Positions 13,564 through 26,943 of a stretch of 64,000 bases of DNA are shown here, one piece after another (within the stretch, counting starts at the first letter, position 1; each line of letters begins with the position of its first letter). Origin of the DNA: Eledone cirrhosa (Eukaryota); the NCBI GenBank assembly GCA_964016885.1, contig OZ024752.1, positions 7,936,001-8,000,000 of the forward strand. Direction: 5' to 3'. The translations under genes and the position numbers were made by a program. The notes beneath the pieces are model-generated. The model searched no databases and had not been told where the DNA came from. It saw only the letters and a list, made by a program, of their open reading frames with translations.

Positions 13564-13761
13564 TATATATATATATATGGGGTAAGCCTTACTGTTAAGG
13601 AATATATATATATACAGATAAAATACCATTATAACAAATTTTTTAGTATAACATCTTTTACAATCCCCGGCCACACTCGATGTGTTAGGTCGATTTCATT
13701 ATAAAGAATTTTTCGTTACAACAAATTTTTATTTATACCCCATGAATTTCCTTATAACGGA

Positions 13762-13812
<51 letters not shown>

Positions 13813-14169
13813 CCTTTCTCTCTCTCTCTCTCTCTCTGTGTTAAACAATATTTAAATGATATATGAGATCACCTGAGTAATGCCAAGCAGTAGATATTAA
13901 CCAGAGTAAGATAGTCAAATGTTCTCAAATCTGCCCCAAATATCAAATATCTGCTGTTTTTATTTGAAACGTTCTACTGTGGAAATTGATACAGTGATTT
14001 GTGTAAGAAACCTCTCTTAAGTTCTTCCAATTCACCTTTTTCTTACTATCTTATATATAATGACACTGCCTGGGATTTTAAAATAAGTTTTTAAATAATC
14101 AAAAATGAGGAAGGATTTGATAATACCAGGATGTTTTTCGACACGCTGACACGCGTGTGTGTGTGTGTG

Positions 14170-14962
14170 CATGTGTGTATATATGTGTGCGTGTCTAGAT
14201 TTCTCAAGATTTGGATGCAGTAATATCCACAAACCTCTTCCTGACCTCCTTATCAACCAACACTTCCCAATTTATCCCGTAAGTCGACCTGGATCTGCCA
14301 GTTTTGTGGATTTACTTTAGGTAGTCTCAGGTTGCAGATAACTTGATGGTGATCAGTTAACAGCTCCGCTCTTCTCTTAACATGAACATTCAGCACAAAA
14401 TTAAAGAGATCAAAGACAATATCATTATTGATCTCTGTCCCTGATTTCCTTTACACCATGTATCAATCATCAATAGATGTCTTTGTGCTGGAAAGTGTTC
14501 ATCATAGAGAGCTCATTACTTAAGGGGCCTCACCATTCACATTTAGATTGAGGTCACTGTTCCTTCCAATCACTCCTTCCCATGTCAGGTAGTCAGTGCC
14601 AACATGTGTATTGAAGTCTCCCAACGGGGTATATCACTTGACTACATCTAATGCTGCAGTGACTTCATCAAGGAAGGACCTCTATTCGGACTCCTTGTTT
14701 GGTGTATAAACTTGCACCACCCACAGAGACCTATCGTTCAGCTTAAGATTCAAGAGGCAAATCTTCCCTCCTAATGAGATCCAGTCCATAACACATTCTG
14801 ACAGCCAGGGGCTTGTATCTCCACTCCTGCCTGTGCAGTCATTTCTGGTATCACACCTGAATAACAGAGTTTACATCCTCTGTGAAATCTTCAGTATTAG
14901 AGCGACGGAATATTATTGAAACCGACTATATCTAGGCAGTAGCATCTGGCCTCCTCCACCAG
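14170..14962 (-). mobile_element. Degraded LINE apurinic endonuclease fragment (RTE-like)
   Basis: The - strand motifs VVQVYTP, GDFNTHVGTD and TDHHQV occur in the correct order. Confidence 0.75.
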
Positions 14963-15119
14963 ATTTGATGGAGATTTAGCTACTATTTCTAGCAGATAGT
15001 GCCTCCTTATATAGTTTCATGCTTACCAAATTTTAATCACGAGGCATTGGTCAACTCGAAGCTATAGTAGAGGACACTAGCCCCAAGTTCCATGCTGTGG
15101 GACTCAACTCAAAACAACT

Positions 15120-15395
15120 TGAAAGGGGTCTACGTGGACATGACAAAAAGCTGTTTCACCGCCGCTTTCGCCTAAATTGACGGAAAGCTGCTTTCTCGAT
15201 CCGCATCTCTTGACCCTGGAGTCGGCTTCCAGAAGAAGTCAACGCGTCAACCACGCAACAATTCAAGGCTAAATTGGACCGGTGTTGGACCACTGTGTTT
15301 CCGACTGTGTAAATTTTGCCCCCCTCCCCTCCTTACATGGCATCTGAAGCATCTATGTTTTATTTTCTGCCAAATATATTGAATTGAATTGAAAA
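15120..15395 (+). mobile_element. CR1-group LINE 3' fragment
   Basis: LRGHDKKLFHRRFRLN*RKAAFSIRI...FKAKLDRCW followed by a (TTGAA)n tail. Confidence 0.65.
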
Positions 15396-15583
15396 AACTT
15401 CGTTGGTAATCAAGCTTGTTAACCACACAGCCATACTTGTATATAGAGGGTGGCCACAAAAACACAGCAGCTATGTTGATGTGGAGTGAATGCCATCTAA
15501 CGGATCGAGTCGATTCTGCAAACGAGGAAAGAAACTTTGTTAGTTTATGCAACTGTAGCCACCAATATTGTAAGAATATTCGT

Positions 15584-15796
15584 TTAACCCTTTACCATTT
15601 ACATTACTCTATATATACTATTGTATTTTCACAGTAAAGGCTTTACCTCACATAATATTGAATCTATGAGATTTTGATATTATTTATTTTGAGAATAACT
15701 TGATATCATTATGAGTGGCCGGTTACAGCTGGTTTGAACAGAAAGAGGTGAGAGTTTTCTGACCAGTTATAGCTGATTTAAATGCTAAAAGGTTAA
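15584..15796. mobile_element. Complete MITE family 1 monomer (piggyBac-like, TTAA TSD)
   Basis: TTAA-CCCTTTACCATTTA ... TAAATGCTAAAAGG-TTAA imperfect TIRs. Confidence 0.8.
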
Positions 15797-16334
15797 GTTT
15801 TGATATTATAAGTATTTGAAATGGGGTATTTTTGCAGTCACCTTGTATATCATTTTATGTTTACTTTTAGTGGTGACCTGATAGAATCATTAGTGCAATG
15901 ATTTCTAAGCATTTTCACATTGACAACACATATTCAACAAATATATTTGGTGACACAAGACAAGGAAATTATTAAACAATTTCATATCATATGACATGTC
16001 ACCAGGTGTAAATCTAATTGTATGTAGAGTTATCAAATATACTTTAAATAAACCATATAGTTAATAGAAACATTGTTAGATAAGTTTCAGAAAGGGGTAC
16101 AATGTGGTAGAAATATATAAAGGACAAAGGATGAGAAATATATATATATGATGGCTGTCACCGAAATATATATAGCAGTACATCTTTAATAAACGATGCC
16201 AAATTTTAAATATTTGAGTTAATTACTTTATTTTACATTACTCCGGAGTAACCAAACCAACCTGCGTACTTCGCCGAGTGCTCCAATCTGCATACTGAGG
16301 TGTCGGTAAACAACCAACATATACTCAAAATTTA

Positions 16335-16588
16335 TGTATATATATATATATAAACACAGTCTACACTGTAATGTGGTTGTGTAGGTAACACGGTAAAAAG
16401 CTCCCAGTCCACATTGTAAATGTGGTTGGTGTTATGAAGGGCATCCAGCTGTAGAATACCTGCCAGATAGTCCTATACGAGCGAGACACAGTTACCTGAC
16501 CAAGCTTGCCTCAAATGGAACAATTCCTGTCTAACCCATGCTAGCGTGGAAGATAGATGTTAAACGATGATGATGATGATGATGATGA
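16335..16588 (+). mobile_element. SINE-like RTE 3' module with (GAT)n tail
   Basis: ggttggtgttatgaagggcatccagc...aacccatgctagc...ttaaacgatgatg. Confidence 0.75.
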
Positions 16589-16967
16589 ATGTATATATAT
16601 ATATATATATATATATTTGATAATATACTTATTTAATTAAAAACATTTTGAAGACCATTCGCTATAAATTTTAAAGTAGTGACTATGTCACTTATTTATT
16701 CTTGGCGAAAACAAAGGGGAGTAATCGACAGTCCTCTTTCTCGCTCGTTAGCATGTGTCAAGACTACTTACCCCTTTGCTTCTGCTGAGAATTATAGAAG
16801 CTGGATTCTTGTATGGGGTAAAATTTAAGTCAACAAAACAACATGATACAATATATCATGTAAGTGTTGTCCAACTCTTGCTAGCAGGGAAAGTGGCTGT
16901 TAAAACAATAGCAATGATGATGGTGATGATGATGAAATCTCTCGAAACACCAGCTTAATAATGAAGT

Positions 16968-17510
16968 TAGTTATATTACTAAAATTACATAATTTTATGT
17001 AAGAACCTTTGTTAAGTGATGTTCCATACACCAGCAGTTATATTACTAAAATTACATAATTTTATGTAAGAACCTTTGTTAAGTGATGTTCCATACACCA
17101 GCAGTTATATTACTAAAATTACATAATTTTATGTAAGAACCTTTAAGTGATGTTCCATACACCAGCAGTTATATTACTAAAATTACATAATTTTATGTAA
17201 GAACCTTTGTTAAGTGATGTTCCATACACCAGCTGTTATATTACTAAAATTACATAATTTTATGTAAGAACCTTTAAGTGATGTTCCATACACCAGCAGT
17301 TATATTACTAAAATTACATAATAATTTTATGTAAGAACCTTTGTTAAGTTATGTTCCATACACCGGTTTAATGAAAAAGTTATATTACTAAAATTACATA
17401 ATTTTATGTACGAACCTTTAAGTGATGTTCCATACACCAGCTTAATGAAAAAGTTATATTACTAAAATTACATAATTTTATGTAAGAACCTCTGTTAAGT
17501 TATGTTCCAA
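16968..17510. repeat. 63-67-bp minisatellite (about 8 copies) derived from MITE family 2
   Basis: Part of the unit is the reverse complement of gctggtgtttggaacataacttaacaaaggttcttacataaaatt at 30342-30388. Confidence 0.8.
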
Positions 17511-17589
17511 TAATAAAAACATTTGTTACTAAATCACTCCAAATTCTTGTTTATTTTAAAAAATTATTTGAACATTGTAGGTAAAGTTA

Positions 17590-17794
17590 TTGTGTGTGAA
17601 TATATATGTATATGTGTGTGTGTATATATATATGTGTATATGTATGTGTGTGTGCGTCTGTGTATATGTGTGTGTGTGTATATGTGTGTGTATATATATA
17701 TGTGTGTGTATATATATATATGTGTGTGTATATATATATGTATGTATGTGTGTGTATATATATATATGTGTGTATATATATATATGTGTGTGTG

Positions 17795-17827
<33 letters not shown>

Positions 17828-18049
17828 ATATATATATATATGTGTGTATGTGTGTGTATACGTATATGTGTGTGTGTATATATGTATATATATATGTGTG
17901 TATATATGTATATATATGTGTGTGTGTATGTACAAGTATGTGTCTATATATGTGTGTGTGTATGTATATAGATATAAATGTGTGTGTGTGTATATATGTG
18001 TATATATATGTATATGTATGTGTGTATGTATGTATATATGTATATGTGT

Positions 18050-18082
<33 letters not shown>
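17590..18082. repeat. Compound (TA)n/(TG)n microsatellite
   Basis: Direct reading. Confidence 0.95.
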
Positions 18083-18083
<1 letters not shown>

Positions 18084-18763
18084 TGTGTAACATTTAACAT
18101 TTGAAGTTCCAAACAGGATAACATCACAACTAACATTTATTTTCTTTCATCTCTTCTCTTGAATTATTCCTGATAATTCTGGTATTTTATGACTTCTCTT
18201 ACTATCTACCCCGCCTATCTACCCCTCCCACACCCGCCTATCTACCCCTCCCACACCCTCCTATCTACCCCTCTCACACCCTCCTATCTACCCCCTCATA
18301 CATACCCTCCTCCACACCCCTCCTACCATGCTACCCCCCTCACCCCCCTCCACACCACACTCAACTGTTGAAATGACTTGTGACGTCACTGGTGCCAAAC
18401 TCTATTGACCCTCACCTTGGCCAACATTGGTGGTGTGTAGAAGAGAGACTGGTATGATTGGGTGACTGTTGGTCTTCCACAACCTTGCCTGGACTTGTGT
18501 CTCAGAGGGGAACTTTCTGTGTGCAAAACCCATACTCAATGGGCTTCCTTACAGTTTCTGTTTACCAAATTCATTCACAAAGCAGTCGGAGTGGAGTTGG
18601 GTACCCTCAAGTGTAAACCTTGTGGCCATTAAGTTTTATTTATGGCAGTGACATATGGAATAAAGTTTTCTCATTTGGTATAGTTGCCAGGGATTCTTTA
18701 CTTTGTTAAACACTTCCACAAGGACAACAAATGGCACATCTGTTGGTTACCACAACGAGTGTA

Positions 18764-18932
18764 CCAGTTGATCCGATTAATAGAACAGCCTGAGTGTTCC
18801 AGTTGATCCGATTAATAGAACAGCCTGAGTGTTCCAGTTGATCTGATTAATAGAACAGCCTGAGTGTCCCAGTTGATCCGATTAATAGAACAGCCTAAGT
18901 GTTCCAGTTGATCCGATTAATAGAACAGCCTG
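18764..18932. repeat. 35-bp tandem repeat, 5 copies
   Basis: Unit CCAGTTGATCCGATTAATAGAACAGCCTGAGTGTT. Confidence 0.9.
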
Positions 18933-19185
18933 CTCATGAAATTAACGTTTAGTGCCATGTGGTTTTATTCGAACGTCTTACTTGAGGAGGTAACTAATTA
19001 ATGTAGAGAGTGAGGTATATGTAGGAAGATCTAAACCTTTTACTGATGACTGGTGTTCCGTGGTCTTAAGGATTGTGTTCTTGATGAGTGCTGGTCTTAA
19101 TGATGTGTAGTACTAAGATCATTGATAGGTGATTGAGTCCAATCATTAAATTGGTTATAAGCTAAATGTTCTGGAATCAACGATT

Positions 19186-20400
19186 CCAAAAGGAAGTGTG
19201 TGTGTGTTTAAGACCACCAAAAGGATGTGTGTGTGTGTGTGTGTTTAAGACCACCAAAAGGAAGTGTGTGTGTGTTTAAGACCACCAAAAGGATGTGTGT
19301 GTGTGTGTGTGTTTAAGACCACCAAAAGGAAGTGTGTGTGTGTTTAAGACCACCAAAAGGATATGTGTGTGTGTGTGTGTTTAAGACCACCAAAAGAATA
19401 TGTGTGTGTGTGTGTGTTTAAGACCACCAAAAGGAAGTGTGTGTGTGTTTAAGACCACCAAAAGGATATGTGTGTGTGTGTGTTTAAGACCACCAAAAGG
19501 ATATGTGTGTGTGTGTGTTTATGATCACCAAAAGGATATGTGTGTGTGTGTGTGTTTAAGACCACCAAAAGGATATGTGTGTGTGTGTGTTTATGACCAC
19601 CAAAAGGATATGTGTGTGTGTGTGTTTAAGACCACCAAAAGGATATGTGTGTGTGTGTGTTTAAGACCACCAAAAGGAAGTGTGTGTGTGTTTAAGACCA
19701 CCAAAAGGATATGTGTGTGTGTGTGTTTATGATCACCAAAAGGATAGGTGTGTGTGTGTGTGTTTAAGATCACCAAAAGGATATGTGTGTGTTATGATCA
19801 CCAAAAGGAAGTGTGTGTGTGTTTAAGACCACCAAAAGGAAGTGTGTGTGTGTTTATGATCACCAAAAGGAAGTGTGTGTGTGTTTATGATCACCAAAAG
19901 GATGTGTGTGTGTGTGTTTAAGATCACCAAAAGGAAGTGTGTGTGTGTTTATGATCTCCAAAAGGATGTGTGTGTGTGTTTAAGATCACCAAAAGGATCT
20001 GTGTGTGTTTATGATCTCCAAGTGTGTGTTTAAGATCACCAAAAGGATGTGTGTGTTTATGATCACCAAAAGGATGTGTGTGTGTGTGTTTATGATCACC
20101 AAAAGGATGTGTGTGTGTTTAAGATCACCAAAAGGATGTGTGTGTGTGTGTGTTTATGATCTCCAAGTGTGTGTTTAAGATCACCAAAAGGATGTGTGTG
20201 TTTATGATCACCAAAAGGATGTGTGTGTGTGTTTATGATCACCAAAAGGATGTGTGTGTGTTTAAGATCACCAAAAGGATGTGTGTGTGTGTGTGTTTAT
20301 GATCTCCAAAAGGATGTGTGTGTGTGTGTTTTCCAGATCTCAAAAAGGTTGTGTGTGTGTGTGTGTTTGTGTGTGTATGTGTGTGTTAAAGATCAAAAGA
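19186..20400. repeat. Composite minisatellite TTTAAGACCACCAAAAGGA + (GT)n
   Basis: Constant core with a variable-length GT tract. Confidence 0.92.
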
Positions 20401-20706
20401 AGTATGTGTGCATGTGTTTTCCAGGTCTCCAAAACTATGTGTATGTATGTGTGTAAGATCACTATGTGTGTGTGTATGAGATGAAGCCGATATCTTTAAG
20501 ATATATAAAGATATTCCTCTACTCCCCACCCCCACCATGTATTATCTAAGTTATCTAATGGATGACATTAACCATACACTCCTTATTGAGATTTATTTTC
20601 CCCAGAGATATACTGAAGCCTTTTTTCTTAGTCTACTTATTTATGTCTTATATTGTTTTGTATATATGTAAAGTACCTACATGTGTGACCTAATATATAT
20701 ATATTT

Positions 20707-20920
20707 CATCATCATCGTTTAATGTCCATTTTCCATGCTAGCATGGGTCAGACGGGTTGTCCCGTTTGAGGTAAGTTGGGTCAGGTGACCGTGTCTTACT
20801 CATATAGAACTGTTTCTGGCTTGGTTTCTACGGCTGGATGCCCTCCCTAACACCAACCACATTTACAGTGTGGACTGGGTGCTGTGACTCCTACATGACC
20901 TTTTTGCTGTGAGTACAGGG
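20707..20920 (-). mobile_element. SINE-like RTE 3' module
   Basis: (CAT)n tail, gctagcatgggtcagacgg, ggctggatgccctccctaacaccaacc. Confidence 0.75.
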
Positions 20921-20954
20921 TGCTTTTAGTCACTTCTTACAGCATGCAGGAAGA

Positions 20955-21148
20955 TGGTATATCCCTGTTATAAATGTGATATACAGATATAGTATGGTAT
21001 ATCTCTGTTTTAAATGTGATATTCACATATAGTATGGTATATCCCTGTTTTAAATGTGATATACACATATAGTATGGTATATCTCTGTTTTAAATGTGAT
21101 ATACACATATAATATGGTATATCCCTGTTTTAAATGTGATATTCAGAT
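20955..21148. repeat. 40-bp tandem repeat, about 5 copies
   Basis: ATATAGTATGGTATATCCCTGTTTTAAATGTGATATACAC. Confidence 0.9.
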
Positions 21149-21214
21149 AATCTAGATACTTTACGTATATAAAACAAAGAAGTTCTTACTAAATGTATTC
21201 TCAGCAGTTTATTA

Positions 21215-21655
21215 TACTGGTTTAAGTCATTAGACTGTGGCCATGCTGGGGCACTACCCTCTTTTACTGGTTTAAGTCATTAGACTGTGGCCATGCTGGG
21301 GCACTACCCTCTTTTACTGGTTTAAGTTATTAGACTGTAGCCATGCTGGGGCACTACCCTCTTTTACTGGTTTAAGTCATTAGACTGTAGCCATGCTGGG
21401 GCACTACCTTTTACTAGTTTCAGTCGTTAGACTGTGGCCATGCTGGGGCACTACCCTCTTTTACTGGTTTAAGTCATTAGACTGTGGCCATGCTGGGGCA
21501 CTACCTTCTTTTACTAGTTTAAGTCATTAGACTGTGGCCATGATGGGGCACTACCCCCTTTTACTGGTTTAAGTCATTAGACTGGCCATACTGGGGCACA
21601 ACCTTCTTTTACTTGTTTAAGTCATTAGACTGTGGCCATGCTGGAGCACTACCTT
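21215..21655. repeat. 50-bp tandem repeat (about 9 copies), probably SINE-derived
   Basis: TTTTACTGGTTTAAGTCATTAGACTGTGGCCATGCTGGGGCACTACCCTC; SINE-like sequence follows at 21780-21930. Confidence 0.85.
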
Positions 21656-22249
21656 CTATGTCCTACCACTAGTTGTAGGACATAAACACAAGCACATACA
21701 TTGACACAGTCACACTTGTTTGTGTATGTGTATATACACACACACACACACACACATACATGATGATAATAAACATATACAACAGGCTTCTGCAATTTCC
21801 ATCTACCAAATTGACCCAATACCTCACAAGTTATTGGGTCAACCTGAAACTATTTTAGGAGAGTTTTGACCAAGGTGCCACACAATGGGAGTGAATATGA
21901 AACAACATGGTTACAAAGTGTACCACACTACTATATAGGGTCATACCAGAATATAGTAGCTTGTTATAGCAGATAGCAAGATGACACGGTTAATTTATTG
22001 TCAATGATTTGATACGATGGGAATTATTCCGCTTCACTTAACATTATTATCTTGTGCTCCAGAAATAACTTTGATATAGTCTTTACTTATGATACTTCTT
22101 CCTTCAATGTTAAAACACCCCTGAAACCTGCCATGGAAGGCCAGCAAAACCTGCACACATGTGACCTAGAACAATGACAATAATCTAAGTAGTGGTATCA
22201 TCATCATTGTTTAACGTCCATTTTCCGCGCTAGCATGGGTTAGACAAGC

Positions 22250-25200
22250 AGTCCCTTTGTGAGAGATCAGGTCAGGGTTGGGAAGGGCAGTTCCTCTGTG
22301 AGAGATCAGGTCAGGGTTAGGAAGGGCAGTCCCTCTGTGAGAGATCATGTCAGGGTTAGGAAGGGAAGTCCCTCTGTGAGAAATCAGGTAAGGGTTAGGA
22401 AGGGCAGTCCCTCTGTGAGAGATCAGGTAAGGGTTAGGAAGGGCAGTCCCTCTGTGAGAGATCATGTCAGGGTTAGGAAGGGCAGTCCCTTTGTGAGAGA
22501 TCAGGTCAGGGTTAGGAAGGGCAGTCCCTTTGTGAGAGATCAGGTCAGGGTTAGGAAGGGCAGTCCCTCTGTGAGAGATCAGGTCAGGGTTAGGAAGGGC
22601 AGTCCCTTTGTGAGAGATCAGGTCAGGGTTAGAAAGGGCAGTTCCTCTGTGAGAGATCAGGTCAGGGTTAGGAAGGGCAGTCCCTTTGTGAGAGATCAGG
22701 TCAGGGTTAGGAAGGGCAGTCCCTCTGTGAGAGATCAGGTCAGGGTTAGGAAGGGCAGTCCCTTTGTGAGAGATCAGGTCAGGGTTAGAAAGGGCAGTTC
22801 CTCTGTGAGAGATCAGGTCAGGGTTAGGAAGGGCAGTCCCTTTGTGAGAGATCAGGTCAGGGTTAGAAAGGGCAGTTCCTCTGTGAGAGATCAGGTCAGG
22901 GTTAGGAAGGGCAGTCCCTTTGTGAGAGATCAGGTCAGGGTTAGGAAGGGCAGTCCCTCTGTGAGAGATCAGGTAAGGGTTAGGAAGGGCAGTCCCTTTG
23001 TGAGAGATCATGTCAGGGTTAGGAAGGGCAGTCCCTTTGTGAGAGATCAGGTCAGGGTTAGAAAGGGCAGTTCCTCTGTGAGAGATCAGGTCAGGGTTAG
23101 GAAGGGCAGTCCCTTTGTGAGAGATCAGGTCAGGGTTAGGAAGGGCAGTCCCTCTGTGAGAGATCAGGTCAGGGTTAGGAAGGGCAGTCCCTTTGTGAGA
23201 GATCAGGTAAGGGTTAGAAAGGGCAGTTCCTCTGTGAGAGATCAGGTCAGGGTTAGGAAGGGCAGTCCCTTTGTGAGAGATCAGGTCAGGGTTAGGAAGG
23301 GCAGTCCCTTTGTGAGAGATCAGGTCAGGGTTAGGAAGGGCAGTTCCTTTGTGAGAGATCATGTCAGGGTTAGGAAGGGCAGTCCCTTTGTGAGAGATCA
23401 GGTAAGGGTTAGAAAGGGCAGTCCCTTTGTGAGAGATCAGGTAAGGGTTAGGAAGGGCAGTTCCTCTGTGAGAGATCATGTCAGGGTTAGGAAGGGCAGT
23501 CCCTCTGTGAGAGATCAGGTCAGGGTTAGGAAGGGCAGTCCCTCTGTGAGAGATCAGGTCAGGGTTAGGAAGGGCAGTCCCTCTGTGAGAGATCAGGTCA
23601 GGGTTAGGAAGGGCAGTCCCTCTGTGAGAGATCAGGTAAGGGTTAGGAAGGGCAGTCCCTCTGTGAGAGATCAGGTCAGGGTTAGGAAGGGCAGTCCCTC
23701 TGTGAGAGATCAGGTAAGGGTTAGAAAGGGCAGTCCCTTTGTGAGAGATCAGGTAAGGGTTAGGAAGGGCAGTCCCTTTGTGAGAGATCAGGTCAGGGTT
23801 AGGAAGGGCAGTCCCTCTGTGAGAGATCAGGTCAGGGTTAGGAAGGGCAGTCCCTCTGTGAGAGATCAGGTCAGGGTTAGGAAGGGCAGTCCCTCTGTGA
23901 GAGATCAGGTAAGGGTTAGGAAGGGCAGTTCCTCTGTGAGAGATCATGTCAGGGTTAGGAAGGGCAGTCCCTCTGTGAGAGATCATGTCAGGGTTAGGAA
24001 GGGCAGTCCCTTTGTGAGAGATCAGGTAAGGGTTAGGAAGGGCAGTCCCTCTGTGAGAGATCATGTCAGGGTTAGGAAGGGCAGTCCCTCTGTGAGAGAT
24101 CATGTCAGGGTTAGGAAGGGCAGTCCCTTTGTGAGAGATCATGTCAGGGTTAGGAAGGGCAGTCCCTCTGTGAGAGATCATGTCAGGGTTAGGAAGGGCA
24201 GTCCCTCTGTGAGAGATCAGGTCAGGGTTAGGAAGGGCAGTCCCTCTGTGAGAGATCAGGTAAGGGTTAGAAAGGGCAGTCCCTCTGTGAGAGATCAGGT
24301 CAGGGTTAGGAAGGGCAGTCCCTCTGTGAGAGATCAGGTCAGGGTTAGGAAGGGCAGTCCCTTTGTGAGAGATCATGTCAGGGTTAGGAAGGGCAGTCCC
24401 TCTGTGAGAGATCAGGTAAGGGTTAGAAAGGGCAGTCCCTCTGTGAGAGATCAGGTCAGGGTTAGGAAGGGCAGTCCCTCTGTGAGAGATCAGGTCAGGG
24501 TTAGGAAGGGCAGTCCCTCTGTGAGAGATCAGGTAAGGGTTAGAAAGGGCAGTCCCTCTGTGAGAGATCAGGTCAGGGTTAGGAAGGGCAGTCCCTCTGT
24601 GAGAGATCAGGTCAGGGTTAGGAAGGGCAGTCCCTTTGTGAGAGATCATGTCAGGGTTAGGAAGGGCAGTCCCTCTGTGAGAGATCAGGTAAGGGTTAGG
24701 AAGGGCAGTCCCTCTGTGAGAGATCAGGTCAGGGTTAGGAAGGGCAGTCCCTTTGTGAGAGATCATGTCAGGGTTAGGAAGGGCAGTCCCTTTGTGAGAG
24801 ATCATGTCAGGGTTAGGAAGGGCAGTCCCTCTGTGAGAGATCAGGTAAGGGTTAGGAAGGGCAGTCCCTCTGTGAGAGATCAGGTAAGGGTTAGGAAGGG
24901 CAGTCCCTTTGTGAGAGATCATGTCAGGGTTAGGAAGGGCAGTCCCTCTGTGAGAGATCAGGTCAGGGTTAGGAAGGGCAGTCCCTCTGTGAGAGATCAG
25001 GTCAGGGTTAGGAAGGGCAGTCCCTCTGTGAGAGATCAGGTCAGGGTTAGGAAGGGCAGTCCCTTTGTGAGAGATCATGTCAGGGTTAGGAAGGGCAGTC
25101 CCTTTGTGAGAGATCAGGTAAGGGTTAGGAAGGGCAGTCCCTCTGTGAGAGATCAGGTAAGGGTTAGGAAGGGCAGTCCCTTTGTGAGAGATCATGTCAG

Positions 25201-26480
25201 GGTTAGGAAGGGCAGTCCCTCTGTGAGAGATCAGGTCAGGGTTAGGAAGGGCAGTCCCTCTGTGAGAGATCAGGTCAGGGTTAGGAAGGGCAGTCCCTCT
25301 GTGAGAGATCAGGTCAGGGTTAGGAAGGGCAGTCCCTTTGTGAGAGATCATGTCAGGGTTAGGAAGGGCAGTCCCTTTGTGAGAGATCAGGTAAGGGTTA
25401 GGAAGGGCAGTCCCTCTGTGAGAGATCAGGTCAGGGTTAGGAAGGGCAGTCCCTTTGTGAGAGATCATGTCAGGGTTAGGAAGGGCAGTCCCTCTGTGAG
25501 AGATCAGGTCAGGGTTAGGAAGGGCAGTCCCTTTGTGAGAGATCAGGTCAGGGTTAGGAAGGGCAGTCCCTCTGTGAGAGATCATGTCAGGGTTAGGAAG
25601 GGCAGTCCCTCTGTGAGAGATCATGTCAGGGTTAGGAAGGGCAGTTCCTCTGTGAGAGATCGGGTCAGGGTTGGGAAGGGCAGTCCCTCTGTGAGCGATC
25701 AGGTCAGGGTTGGGAAGGGCAGTCCCTTTGTGAGAGATCAGGTAAGGGTTAGGAAGGGCAGTCCCTTTGTGAGAGATCAGGTCAGGGTTAGGAAGGGCAG
25801 TCCCTCTGTGAGAGATCAGGTCAGGGTTAGGAAGGGCAGTCCCTTTGTGAGAGATCAGGTAAGGGTTAGGAAGGGCAGTCCCTCTGTGAGAGATCAGGTC
25901 AGGGTTAGGAAGGGAAGTCCCTCTGTGAGCGATCAGGTCAGGGTTGGGAAGGGCAGTCCCTCTGTGAGAGATCGGGTCAGGGTTAGAAAGGGCAGTTCCT
26001 CTGTGAGAGATCAGGTCAGGGTTAGGAAGGGAAGTCCCTCTGTGAGCGATCAGGTCAGGGTTGGGAAGGGCAGTCCCTCTGTGAGAGATCGGGTCAGGGT
26101 TAGAAAGGGCAGTCCCTTTGTGAGAGATCAGGTCAGGGTTAGGAAGGGCAGTTCCTCTGTGAGAGATCAGGTCAGGGTTAGGAAGGGAAGTCCCTCTGTG
26201 AGCGATCAGGTCAGGGTTGGGAAGGGCAGTTCCTCTGTGAGAGATCGGGTCAGGGTTGGGAAGGGCAGTCCCTCTGTGAGAGATCGGGTCAGGGTTAGAA
26301 AGGGCAGTTCCTCTGTGAGAGATCAGGTCAGGGTTAGGAAGGGCAGTCCCTCTGTGAGAGATCAGCTCAGGGGTAGGACAGGCAGTCCCTCTGTAAGAGA
26401 TCAGGTCAGGGGTAGGACAGGCAGTCCCTCTGTAAGAGATCAGGTCAGGGGTAGGACTGACAGTCCCTTTGTGAGATCAG
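22250..26480. repeat. 39-bp minisatellite (about 108 copies) inside a SINE-like RTE 3' module
   Basis: Unit GTGAGAGATCAGGTCAGGGTTAGGAAGGGCAGTCCCTCT; element tail at 22198-22245, continuation at 26500-26660. Confidence 0.95.
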
Positions 26481-26943
26481 GTCAGAGGACCTTGATTCAC
26501 ACATGGAACTGATTTTGGTTTGTTTTCTACGCCTGGATGCTCTTCCTAACGCCAACCATATTTACAGTGTGGACTAGGTGCTTTTTGTTGTAACACGTAC
26601 TCAACCAGTTTATAGTGAGGGCTGGGCACTTATTGTCGAGGCCTCAGGGGGACAACTTTATGGTGAGGGTTGGGGGATAGATGGTATGTAAAATTTAAAA
26701 AATAATCCCACAACTATTAGAAAATAGGAATCTTTTAATCCTTTAGGAAATAAGAACCCTTTAACCCTTTGGGAAATAGGAACCCTTTGGGAAATAGGAA
26801 CCCTTTAACCCTTTTGTGACCATATTTCTATTGAAATACACTCCATTTCATTAAATCAATGAAAGATTTTGGGGATTTACTAAAGTTATATATTATTTCA
26901 TTATTAATAACTTAATGTATGATTATTACATGTGGAAATTAAT

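Noticed and set aside
19186-20400. CRISPR-like constant repeat with variable spacers
   Set aside because: The spacers are only (GT)n of varying length; the context is eukaryotic and there are no cas genes
22211-26512. 1137-aa and 1417-aa ORFs
   Set aside because: Pure 13-aa periodicity from a 39-bp minisatellite lying inside a retroelement tail; no unique domain or supported splice context
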